Below are positions 38,507 to 47,815 of a stretch of 64,000 bases of DNA, piece by piece; positions within the stretch are counted from its first letter, which is position 1, and each line of letters begins with the position of its first letter. This stretch comes from Candidatus Cloacimonadales bacterium (GTDB lineage Bacteria > Cloacimonadota > Cloacimonadia > Cloacimonadales > JAIOQZ01), in contig OY762463.1 of NCBI GenBank assembly GCA_963665815.1, positions 512,001 through 576,000 of the forward strand, written 5' to 3'. The position numbers and the translations under genes are program-made. The notes under the pieces were generated by a model. The model had not been told where the DNA came from. It did no database searches and was given only the letters and a program-made list of their open reading frames with translations.

Positions 38507-40210
38507 TTAATTCTTCTTTTGCAAGGCGTTAAACTTTTCCCTGAACTCATTCAGTTTCCATTCAGGTATATTAGAAGACTGAATAATTAATTCAAAATCA
38601 GGATTCTTTGCAAAGTACATGTCCAGAATTGGATTCAGATCAAGATTCAGATTGTTAAGGTAGAGTTTCTCTAAGTAGGGAGTTTTGATATTCTTTAAGC
38701 TAGTAACATTATTATCTGAAATGTCCAATTCTCTTAATTGATAGAATCGATCACCAATATCAATATTCTCAAGTTTATTTCCGTTAACATATAGCTTCCT
38801 TAAGTAATCTCTTTGAGTAATTGATCTAATTTTCTCCAGTCTATTATTGGAACACCTTAGTTCTCTTATTCTATCAAGGGAAATCAAATCTAAAACCTTG
38901 AACTTATTATTAGAAATGTTCAATACTCTAATATCATTGAAAGCACAGAATTCAGGTAACTCATGCAGAAGATTGTTACTTACGTTAACTTCCTCTAAGT
39001 TAGTAACATTTCTTAAACCTTCAATGCTAACAAGATTTCCTTCTGTTATCCGCACGGATTTCAATTCTTTGAAATTTGATAAATCAGGAATATATGAAAT
39101 TTCTAAATCTCTCAGGTTAATTCGTTCTAAAAAGATTAGTGCTGACAATTCTCTCAGATCATTATTTCTAAGTTCCATTTTTACAGGTTCTTTGAAGTTC
39201 CCATCACGAGTAATAATTTTGCTTTCAAAAATCAAACTTCTCAAATTGGATAAGTATTTAATACCTCGAAGACTTTTGCACTTATCCATCAGTATTGCAT
39301 GATATGGTTCTAAGTTCTCTATATCAATATCAAAATTCATCTTAAATAATGATACACCAGCATCACTTACACCCTTCCACTTATTCAGGTCTATTTTATT
39401 ATCAATTAAACGGAGCAAATGAATTTTTTCCAAATCTGAGGGAAAAATAGATCTATCATGGATATCTGTAACATCTCGGATATATTCCTCAAACGCATCA
39501 TCATCGAATCTTACAGGTTTTTCTTCCTCCCAGAGTACTACAGATTTATCTTCAAACCATATCCACTCAAGTGAATCCAGCACTGAAAGTACCTCTAAAT
39601 CTTTCACTGGATTATTATTAATCCAGACTTCTCTTAGTTTTCTGCATGTCAATAAAGGCTTTACACTTTTTATATTATTATTGCTTATCCAGACCAACTG
39701 TAGCTCAGAGTTACTACTTAGTGCTGAGATATCTGATATGTTGTTATTTTGCAAATCTACATCAATTAGTTTTGGCAGATTTGATAATCCTGCAATACTC
39801 TCTATATTATTGAAAACTGCACTGAAGCGTTCAAGCTTCTTATTCTTCATCTTTTGATCAATCTTCTTAATGTTATTATGATTAAGACTCAGTATTCTCA
39901 ATTCTTTCAGTTCAGATAATGGAGATATGTCATCGATCAGATTATCATCCAGATACAACTCTTTGAGCTTTTTTAGTTTTCTTAATGGTTCCAGATTCTT
40001 AATATTATTAGCTCTTAATTCAAGGTGTTGAAGATTCTTGAATTTGGATATTCCGGATATATCCTCGATATCACGGCAATTCAGAATGATAGATTTAACT
40101 GTGTCAGGATCAGATACTATTTTATAGTAATCATTGATAACATCAGCCATCAATATATAGATAGAAAAAGTCATTGTAAAAACTAATATAAGCACTCTTT
40201 TCGAAAACAT
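38507..40210 (-). CDS. Secreted internalin-like leucine-rich-repeat protein
   Basis: Signal peptide; two blocks of 22-aa LxxLxLxxNxIxD repeats separated by a FDDDAFEEYIR cap. Confidence 0.9.
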   Translation of the reverse strand: MFSKRVLILVFTMTFSIYILMADVINDYYKIVSDPDTVKSIILNCRDIEDISGISKFKNLQHLELRANNIKNLEPLRKLKKLKELYLDDNLIDDISPLSELKELRILSLNHNNIKKIDQKMKNKKLERFSAVFNNIESIAGLSNLPKLIDVDLQNNNISDISALSSNSELQLVWISNNNIKSVKPLLTCRKLREVWINNNPVKDLEVLSVLDSLEWIWFEDKSVVLWEEEKPVRFDDDAFEEYIRDVTDIHDRSIFPSDLEKIHLLRLIDNKIDLNKWKGVSDAGVSLFKMNFDIDIENLEPYHAILMDKCKSLRGIKYLSNLRSLIFESKIITRDGNFKEPVKMELRNNDLRELSALIFLERINLRDLEISYIPDLSNFKELKSVRITEGNLVSIEGLRNVTNLEEVNVSNNLLHELPEFCAFNDIRVLNISNNKFKVLDLISLDRIRELRCSNNRLEKIRSITQRDYLRKLYVNGNKLENIDIGDRFYQLRELDISDNNVTSLKNIKTPYLEKLYLNNLNLDLNPILDMYFAKNPDFELIIQSSNIPEWKLNEFREKFNALQKKN

Positions 40211-40272
40211 TCTTCACCCTTTATAGTAATTTGATTAATTATCAGAAATTTGCATTTGATGTCAAGAAAGAG

Positions 40273-40959
40273 TTATTTATCAAAAACTCCAAAATAATCT
40301 CTATTCCGAATTAACAGTGATAATTCGATTGATCCTGGACAAATACCTTTGTTATATCCGTATCCAGCTTCAAATACATATTCGTCTCTATTCTGTAAAT
40401 TATCTGGATGTGAAGCATTTAAGAATAAATCTGATAATAAAATAAGGGCTTTGATAGTTCCAGATATTACCAGCACATCTCTTGATTTCATCTCACTCGC
40501 ACACTTTACAATTTCTGTGTCATTTGTAAGATAGAATCCAGGATTATTATAGTGGTCATTAAGTTCTTCAAATGGGTGTTTCTCGTACTCATGAACGTTA
40601 AAACTGTAAAAATCAGGTTGCATGCAAAAATTTATATCATCAAAATACGGTTTATTATGATCAAATCTTAGCTTTATTTTACTGATCTCCGAGTGCTTAT
40701 TATCTATGATGATACATATTTCACTCATTTCATTTGAAAAAAGCAATGCAAGAATCAAGAGTCCAAGATTTCTCAATGAATTTTCTGTCATGTATACAAA
40801 AAGCTTATCATAGGCAATATCTCCATAACTATGAGAACCTTTTTTAATAATTATTTTCTCAGAAAAATATTTCATTTTCGGCTCGAAAGAAGTTTCATTG
40901 AACTTGATTATATTATAATCATTGTTAAAATGTTGTGTGAACATATCATTCATCTTCAT
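40273..40959 (-). CDS. Hypothetical protein, paralog B2 (Imm32-like C-terminal region)
   Basis: Shares NLGLLILALLFS, EYEKHPF, KSRDVLVI, NRDEYVFE, CPGS.EL with 41775-42440. Confidence 0.75.
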   Translation of the reverse strand: MKMNDMFTQHFNNDYNIIKFNETSFEPKMKYFSEKIIIKKGSHSYGDIAYDKLFVYMTENSLRNLGLLILALLFSNEMSEICIIIDNKHSEISKIKLRFDHNKPYFDDINFCMQPDFYSFNVHEYEKHPFEELNDHYNNPGFYLTNDTEIVKCASEMKSRDVLVISGTIKALILLSDLFLNASHPDNLQNRDEYVFEAGYGYNKGICPGSIELSLLIRNRDYFGVFDK

Positions 40960-41647
40960 AGGATATCTTCCTTCTGGTTATCAATTAAATGAATTGCAAA
41001 TTCTGAACTATCCATATTAGTACTAATCTTCCCAGGTGCGTTTTCAAAAGAATAGTACTCAGTTTTATGATTCGGATTACTGGCATTAAGCAGAAAGTGA
41101 GACAATATAGCCAATGCGTAATGGTTTCCCATAATTAAAAAGATGTCAGGATAAAACTTTTCAGCTTCGAGATTTCCTTTATTCTCATTGGATATCCAGA
41201 AACTTGGCAAATTGGAATCCTTGTACTGAGACATGTACTTTAACACATAAAATGGATACTTGGAGAATTCGGTTTCAGAGTATATATATGACATAGGTTT
41301 CTGTTCAAAATCAAGTTGATACCTTGGGCTGAAAACATTGAAGGTTTCTATATTCATATACTCTATGTCAGTTTCTTTGTTCGTTAGCTCTATACTCACA
41401 CTTTTTTTATCTGAAAAGAGCATAGACAAAAACAATAATCCTAAATTGCATAATTCTGTCCTTGATATATACATATTACATCTTTCATTGAATACTAATG
41501 AACTGTAGTTATGATAGTCTTTTTTAAGAATTATACTACCTGATTTATATGATCTCTCTGAATAAAGAAATTTTTCTTGCAAACAATATTGTCGAATCTG
41601 CTTCTGAAGGCAATTTCAAATATATCCGGCTGTTCTTTTATTGGCAT
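40956..41647 (-). pseudogene. Paralog A2, split by a -1 frameshift near 41570
   Basis: ATG 41647 frame gives MPIKEQPDIFEIAFRSRFDNIVCKKNFF (matches the N-terminus of 42437-43132); the rest (YSERSYKSGSIILKKDYHNY...) is in the -1 frame. Confidence 0.75.
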
Positions 41648-41774
41648 ATAACATTACTCTCCTGTATGGATTATGCGACGTATGTTAGTATTTACTATAA
41701 TGCTCGTGCTATCGCGTAGAGGCAACCGGACGGTTGTCTATATGTGTATGCCGGAGCATTGATATAATTGCAAA

Positions 41775-42440
41775 CTACTCTTTATTATGTATCCATAAAC
41801 AGAGTTCTGCTGAACCGGGACAGGTACTTACATATCCAGGTTCATTTTCAAAAACATATTCATCACGATTTTTAAAATGTTTTGGGTGAGAAACATTTAT
41901 CAAAAAATCTGCTAATAGAATTAATGCAACATAAGATCCTGTTATTACCAATACATCACGTGATTTTATGTCTTCTTTTGATCTGATTTGTTCTTTATCG
42001 TTAGTCAGAAAAAAACCTGGTAAATCGTAGGTAAATTCATTATAATCAAATGGATGCTTTTCATATTCAATCATCTTATATCTGTATTTATCAATCTTCA
42101 TGAGTAAATGTAAGTCATCAAAATATGATTTTTGCTTATCGAACCTGATTTTAAGCTTTTTGATTTCTGATTCTTTATGACTCAAATTAATGCAGACTTC
42201 TCTTGAGTTCTCAGAGAACAGCAAAGCCAGAATTAATAAACCGAGATTACATAATTCATTTACAGGTATATGCAAATGCAATTGATCATTGTATACTGCT
42301 AATCCATAAACATGACCAATATTTTTGATACCTATAAAATCTGTAATATATTCCTCAGAAAGAGTAAAGAATTCCTTCTTACAGTTAATTGATCTATATT
42401 TTTCATTGAATAGTTGTTTAAAAATATCAGGCAATCTCAT
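41775..42440 (-). CDS. Hypothetical protein, paralog B1 (Imm32-like C-terminal region)
   Basis: Paralog of 40273-40959; ATGA-coupled to the upstream gene. Confidence 0.75.
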   Translation of the reverse strand: MRLPDIFKQLFNEKYRSINCKKEFFTLSEEYITDFIGIKNIGHVYGLAVYNDQLHLHIPVNELCNLGLLILALLFSENSREVCINLSHKESEIKKLKIRFDKQKSYFDDLHLLMKIDKYRYKMIEYEKHPFDYNEFTYDLPGFFLTNDKEQIRSKEDIKSRDVLVITGSYVALILLADFLINVSHPKHFKNRDEYVFENEPGYVSTCPGSAELCLWIHNKE

Positions 42441-43132
42441 ACATCAATCTCCTCAAACTTTTCAATAATACTGACTGTCAATTCTGAACTACCAGATCCG
42501 ACAGATCCTTTACCTACATTGGACTCAAAGGCATAAGTTTTATCATTCTTCTGAGCATAGCAAATATTCAAGATAAAGTGCGAAAACAACACTAAGGAAT
42601 GAATACCACCCTCAACAGAGAAAAAGGTTTGTTCGGCATGTTCCAGACCAAATCTTTCATAGAAATTATAAATATAGAATCTTGGTAGATTAGGTTCTCT
42701 ATATTTTGCTTTCTGCTGCATATCATAGAAGGGATACTCGGAGTATTCTGTATGTGAATACTTATAATTTAAAGGTACAATGGAGCAGTTCATCAAATCT
42801 GAAGAATAAAAATCAATTTCCGGGTTTATTTTAAAAATCTCTAACTCAGTTTTCTCGTTAGTCAAATGTATTTGTATTTCTTTAGTTCTTGAAAATAACA
42901 TTGATAAAATGAGCAGCCCTAAATTACGTAATTCATCTTTTGCGGCATACATATTCAATCTTTCTACGAAAACTAACGAATCATAATTATGATAGTCTTT
43001 AGTAACAATTATCTTATCTGTTTTATATACTTTAGCCGGCTTGAAAAAATTTTCTAAACATGTTATATTGTTGTAATCACTATTGAAAACTTTGCTAAAA
43101 ATATCGGGTAAATTCTTTACTTTTGCAGTCAT
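42437..43132 (-). CDS. Hypothetical protein, paralog A1 (Imm32-like C-terminal region)
   Basis: AGGAG RBS; shares KDYHNY, NLGLL.LSMLFS, YPFY, NLP.F, FE...G...SSE with A2. Confidence 0.75.
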   Translation of the reverse strand: MTAKVKNLPDIFSKVFNSDYNNITCLENFFKPAKVYKTDKIIVTKDYHNYDSLVFVERLNMYAAKDELRNLGLLILSMLFSRTKEIQIHLTNEKTELEIFKINPEIDFYSSDLMNCSIVPLNYKYSHTEYSEYPFYDMQQKAKYREPNLPRFYIYNFYERFGLEHAEQTFFSVEGGIHSLVLFSHFILNICYAQKNDKTYAFESNVGKGSVGSGSSELTVSIIEKFEEIDV

Positions 43133-43850
43133 TAATACTCTCCTGTACTAAATATGTACTTTGTTTATGTAATTGTCATCTGATTGTCAAGGATATTCGT
43201 TTCATGAGTTTGAATCCCTCCCCCGTTTTTTCTTGAAAATCTGACTTCAAGATAACAGTAAGGATTTTTACAGACATTTCTTTGAAAAATGCACTCTTCA
43301 TTTTCTTTGGTGCCAAAGAAAACGAAAGAAAAGAAAATGGAGAAGTTGATGAAATTGTAAATTTCATCTAAATGTATTTCCAGTAAACTGGAACCATAAA
43401 TTTTTCCTGAAATCCTTCCAAGGCTTCAGGATTTCTTAGCGGGAAAATTTACTATACGGACAAAAAAGAGAAAATACTATCATCAATGCAAAACAATCAT
43501 ACTTAGTTCAAAGCTATTACATTGATTCATATTTTCCACTGATTTACTGTTTCAAAACTTTTATTTATAATAAGTTATATATACATTGTATTTGGTTTTC
43601 GGGGGGATGCCTGTATTCGTTTCTTGAGTCTTTCCATTAATGCAATACTGGAAAAGAACACTACCTTCCATCAGATTTGCACACCCCATCCGTCTTGGTT
43701 GTAACTACGCCGGATTGCCCCTCTTGATTTTAAAATTAATGAAGAGGGGATTCATACAACGCTTTGCGTCGTTATAATCATGAAATCCTGCAATCCTTCT
43801 AATCAAGGTTCGGACATTTTGTTTTGGAAAGTCCACCCTTGCGAACTTCA

Positions 43851-43984
43851 CTGGATGTGTTCCTTCGGAAACATCTACGTCAATTCTGGATGTGTTCCTT
43901 CGGAAACATCTACGTCAATTCTGGATGTGTTCCTTCGGAAACATCTACGTCAATTCTGGATGTGTTCCTTCGGAAACATCTACG
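43851..43984 (-). repeat. Perfect 35-bp tandem repeat x3.8 (GTAG-type REP-like hairpin)
   Basis: CTGGATGTGTTCCTTCGGAAACATCTACGTCAATT at 43851, 43886, 43921 and 43956 (partial). Confidence 0.95.
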
Positions 43985-44211
43985 GGTCTAAGTACCATTC
44001 GCAAGGTCTTTACATTAAATCTTCTCATTTCCGAGTCCTTCCGTTCATTCCGTGGTTAATAGAATGCGTTTTTTTTCAATAGTTTGGCGATCGAAAATTT
44101 AACCGGTATATGCTCTATTATCATTATTATTAGTATGTTTCTTAAAATTCATTTACAAAAATACAAACACTAAATTAATTGATACAAAAAAAATAGACTT
44201 ATGGAGGATTC

Positions 44212-45672
44212 ATGAATTACAAGATTGGTTCACTTAATGACGTTAAAAAGTATATTGTCTTTTTCGGTTACGAAGACAATAGTGCAAACCTTGCACAATA
44301 CGATGATTCACTCTCAATCGAAAAGCTTAACAAGTTCATTGAGCTTAAAGAATGGAAATGGAAAAAAGAAGCTTCAGCGAGTTATATTGACGTGGAAACA
44401 GGTCAGGAAGTTATGCTTTGCGGACTTGGTAAGAAAGACAAGTTAACTAAAGTTATTCTTCGTCAGGCAATGGCAAAACTCACTGCTGCAATCGCTAAAG
44501 TCAAAGCAGAAGACATCTATGTTGTTATTCCGGAATTCGAAGATAAAGAGCTTAAAGTTGCTTACATCGAAGCACTTATTGATGGACTTGAAAGCGTGGA
44601 ATACGACTTTATCAAATACAAAGAAAAGAAAAAAGACGATAAAGAAGACGAAAAGAAAGATAAAAACGTAAATCTTCTTAACTGGGATTTATGCGAGCAT
44701 TTCTTAAATGAATGTGTTTATGTTGCAAAAGCAAAATCCATTACAAAAAACCTTGTTAACGAGCCAGCAAATGTTATGACTCCTCAAAAGCTTGCTGATA
44801 CAACAAAAGCACTTGGTGAAGAATTCGGTTTTAAAGTTGATGTATACGATGAAAACTATATTCAGGAAAAGAAAATGGAGTCTTACTGGTCAGTTGCTAT
44901 GGGTTCCGACCTTATGCCAAGACTGATTGTCTGTAAATACATGGGAAATCCTGACAATAAAGAAGACATCATTGCTCTCGTTGGAAAAGGTTTGACATAT
45001 GACAGTGGCGGTTATGCTATTAAAACTGCCTCAGGAATGGCTACAATGAAAAGCGACATGGGTGGTAGTGCAGCTGTAATCGGAGCTATTACCGCTATTG
45101 CAAGAATGAAACTGAAAGTTAACGTTGTATGTGTTGTTGCTGCTTGTGAAAATATGATTTCCGGCAGAGCTTACAGAAACGGTGATATTATCGGATCAAT
45201 GGCAGGAAAACACATTGAAGTCCTTAATACTGATGCGGAAGGTCGTCTTACGCTTATTGATGCAGTTACTTATGCTGTTAGAGAAATGAAAGCAACTAAA
45301 GTTGTAGATATTGCAACTCTTACAGGTGCTGCACTTGTCGCATTAGGTTCTACAAGAACTGCAGTTGTTTCGAATAACGACGAGTTCTTTGCTGAACTTG
45401 AAGATGCTTCAGAACAGGCTAACGAAAAAATCTGGCGTCTTCCTCATGATAAAGAATACAAAGACCTTCTGAAATCAGATATTGCTGATCTTAAAAACAT
45501 CGGTGGAAGGTATGCCGGCACAATCACAGCAGGACTGTTTATTGGTGAGTTCGTTGAAGAAAAACCCTGGCTGCACCTCGATATCGCTGGAACATCCTGG
45601 AATGATAAAAAAGGTTCAACCGGTCACGGAGCTAAATTACTTTACCACTTAGTGAAAAATACGGAAAAATAA
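44212..45672 (+). CDS. pepA: Leucyl aminopeptidase (M17)
   Basis: VGKGLTYDSGG, MKSDMGG, NTDAEGRL, DIATLTGA, HLDIAG. Confidence 0.95.
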   Translation: MNYKIGSLNDVKKYIVFFGYEDNSANLAQYDDSLSIEKLNKFIELKEWKWKKEASASYIDVETGQEVMLCGLGKKDKLTKVILRQAMAKLTAAIAKVKAEDIYVVIPEFEDKELKVAYIEALIDGLESVEYDFIKYKEKKKDDKEDEKKDKNVNLLNWDLCEHFLNECVYVAKAKSITKNLVNEPANVMTPQKLADTTKALGEEFGFKVDVYDENYIQEKKMESYWSVAMGSDLMPRLIVCKYMGNPDNKEDIIALVGKGLTYDSGGYAIKTASGMATMKSDMGGSAAVIGAITAIARMKLKVNVVCVVAACENMISGRAYRNGDIIGSMAGKHIEVLNTDAEGRLTLIDAVTYAVREMKATKVVDIATLTGAALVALGSTRTAVVSNNDEFFAELEDASEQANEKIWRLPHDKEYKDLLKSDIADLKNIGGRYAGTITAGLFIGEFVEEKPWLHLDIAGTSWNDKKGSTGHGAKLLYHLVKNTEK

Positions 45673-45674
45673 TT

Positions 45675-46964
45675 ATGAAACATCTCAGTTTATATGTATT
45701 GATTTTAAGTTTACTTTTTACTGCCTGCGGCAAAAAGGAAGAACCTTCAATTCAGACAGCAATTCAGCAGGATCCACAAGTTCTGGAAATGCTCTCAGAC
45801 AGTCTTCTACAAAACATGATATCTGAAGCCTTGATTGAACGAACAAGCTTTTCTACAGAATTTACAAACCGGATTACTCGAAGAATAATGGAATCTGCTG
45901 TTGCAAACAGAATTGAGTTAAGTGAAATTGTTCCTGAAGAACAGGTATATAATGGTAATTACGTAAAACAGACATATAAACTGAGATTCTCTTCTGAATA
46001 CAGAGAACTTCTTAATTTTGTTAAAGATTTGGAGAATTCCACAATTCTTGGTAAAATTGAGAGTTTTACTCTTAACCAGGGAGAAGAAAAACCTGTTACT
46101 GCCGGTATTGACTTCAGTATTTTCCGAATTGTTAACAAAAAAGTCGTAAATACGGCAGAACTGAAGCATCTTTCTTATGATATAAAATCAGAGCAAGTCA
46201 GAGCAAAAAGGATCGGAATTTTCTGTGAGTTATATGCCCAGAATTATCACTGGTCAGATCTGCTTAACTGGTTAGGTAAATCTTTGCAAGAAAATGTTTC
46301 ACTAAACAGTCTTGAGTACAAAGATGCAAAAATGATCATTGAATTCAGGAGTATATCTGATGAGCATTCAAATAATTACTCGTTAATATATAAAGTAATA
46401 GATGAGATTCAGAAGCTTCCTGATTCTAAACTTTTTTTTGATGGTATAGTTTTTGAGGGAAGTAAGAAAGATCCTGATTCTGATAATGTTACTTTCTTCA
46501 CAGTCTCTGCTGCCGAGAAGGAAAAAGTTATTGTTACAAGAAAGCTATATAAAGCTCTGAAAAGTATTAAAAACTGTATGAAGCACCAGCCAGTTGTTAT
46601 TGATTCCATTCTCAATAATCCGTTTAATTTTGTGTCAATTGCAAAAGAAGACCAGGCACCTGTTCTCATAAATCAAGAAGAAGCAGGTTTTCGTATTTCA
46701 AGCACTATGAAAAACAGTAGCGGAAAATACTTTGCAATGATAACTGTTGGCGACAAAAAAGAGCTTATGTCTGTAGGTGAACATGTTTATGAATACACTA
46801 TTACCGGAATCAGTCGTGAAGAAGTTAACCTTGAAGATGAAAAGGGTAATAAATTTATACTGCAGGTTGCAGGTATAATCAAAAAAACGCCTGAAGAGAT
46901 ACAAGAGAAAACGATTGAAGAAAGAAAAAAAGCTAAGAACGATGAAAAATATGGAGATTATTAA
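45675..46964 (+). CDS. Lipoprotein with PilO-like, PilN-like and PilP/GspC-like segments
   Basis: Lipobox LFTAC; YKLRFSSEYRELLNFVKDLEN; WSDLLNWLGKSLQENVSLNSL; NPF...FAMI...VGEHVYEYTITGISREEV. Confidence 0.55.
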   Translation: MKHLSLYVLILSLLFTACGKKEEPSIQTAIQQDPQVLEMLSDSLLQNMISEALIERTSFSTEFTNRITRRIMESAVANRIELSEIVPEEQVYNGNYVKQTYKLRFSSEYRELLNFVKDLENSTILGKIESFTLNQGEEKPVTAGIDFSIFRIVNKKVVNTAELKHLSYDIKSEQVRAKRIGIFCELYAQNYHWSDLLNWLGKSLQENVSLNSLEYKDAKMIIEFRSISDEHSNNYSLIYKVIDEIQKLPDSKLFFDGIVFEGSKKDPDSDNVTFFTVSAAEKEKVIVTRKLYKALKSIKNCMKHQPVVIDSILNNPFNFVSIAKEDQAPVLINQEEAGFRISSTMKNSSGKYFAMITVGDKKELMSVGEHVYEYTITGISREEVNLEDEKGNKFILQVAGIIKKTPEEIQEKTIEERKKAKNDEKYGDY

Positions 46965-47769
46965 GAATAACTTCCAGTCTTATATACAGGGATTTGGACT
47001 AGAAAATCTTCTTGAAACCATATCTGAAATTTTTACAACATCTTTGAGTGATAACCTTATTGGTATTTACCTGCATGGCTCGCTTGCTATGGGCTGTTTC
47101 AACGATAAATACAGTGATATAGATTTGCTTGTAATTGTCGAAAATGAATTTTCACCGGAGATAAAAAAAACTATCATTGATAAAATTATTGAGTTATCCG
47201 ATTCTGGAAAGTTTCCACCAAAGGATCTGGAATTCAGCATTGTAAAAAAGAACTACCTTAAGCCATTCTTCTACCCTACTCCTTATGAACTGCATTATTC
47301 TTTATACTGGAAAGAAAAACTCAGAGACAAACCGGCTGATTTTTTTGTTAGTGAAAAAAGAGTTGATAAAGATCTGGGTACACATTTCAGAGTTCTCTAT
47401 GAACGAGGATATACTCTATATGGCACAGACATCAAGGATGTTCTGGAAAAACCATCCAATGACATTTATCTTGATGCAATTATGTATGACATTGTTGACA
47501 GCAAAGAAGAGAATGTAAGCGATAAAGAATATCATATCCTCAATCTGTGCAGAACTTATGCATTTCTTAAAACGAATGATATAATGTCCAAGAGAGAGGG
47601 TGGTGTATGGATGTATAGCACTTCTGATATTGAAAATCGAGATGTGATAAAAAAAGCTCTGGACTATTATTCAGGGAAAAACTATATTAAGATCGAAATA
47701 AATGAATTCAAAAATTTTGTACAGCAACTAATGAGTATGATCAAGACTCAGCTATCTGTACTACAATAA
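46942..47769 (+). CDS. Aminoglycoside adenylyltransferase-like nucleotidyltransferase (ANT(9)/AadA-like)
   Basis: GIYLHGSLAMG...SDIDLLV, LEFSI, ILNLCR, SKREGG.W. Confidence 0.8.
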   Translation: MKNMEIIKNNFQSYIQGFGLENLLETISEIFTTSLSDNLIGIYLHGSLAMGCFNDKYSDIDLLVIVENEFSPEIKKTIIDKIIELSDSGKFPPKDLEFSIVKKNYLKPFFYPTPYELHYSLYWKEKLRDKPADFFVSEKRVDKDLGTHFRVLYERGYTLYGTDIKDVLEKPSNDIYLDAIMYDIVDSKEENVSDKEYHILNLCRTYAFLKTNDIMSKREGGVWMYSTSDIENRDVIKKALDYYSGKNYIKIEINEFKNFVQQLMSMIKTQLSVLQ

Positions 47770-47815
47770 AATACCTTAAACATTGAATTTAATTTTTTAC
47801 TATTGAGGAGTTAAG

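Larger units (their letters stand above)
38440..41739. repeat. 44-bp identical direct repeat (38440-38483 and 41696-41739), GTAG-type REP-like
   Basis: TATAATGCTCGTGCTATCGCGTAGAGGCAACCGGACGGTTGTCT; GTAG overlapping the AGGCAACCG/CGGTTGTCT hairpin. Confidence 0.9.

Noticed and set aside
38440-41739. Integron attC sites
   Set aside because: No RYYYAAC/GTTRRRY core ends and no integrase; GTAG-REP-like instead.
43851-43984. CRISPR array
   Set aside because: Units are contiguous and identical, with no unique spacers and no cas genes in the window.
43780-44082. 100-aa ORF
   Set aside because: Arises from the 35-bp tandem repeat.
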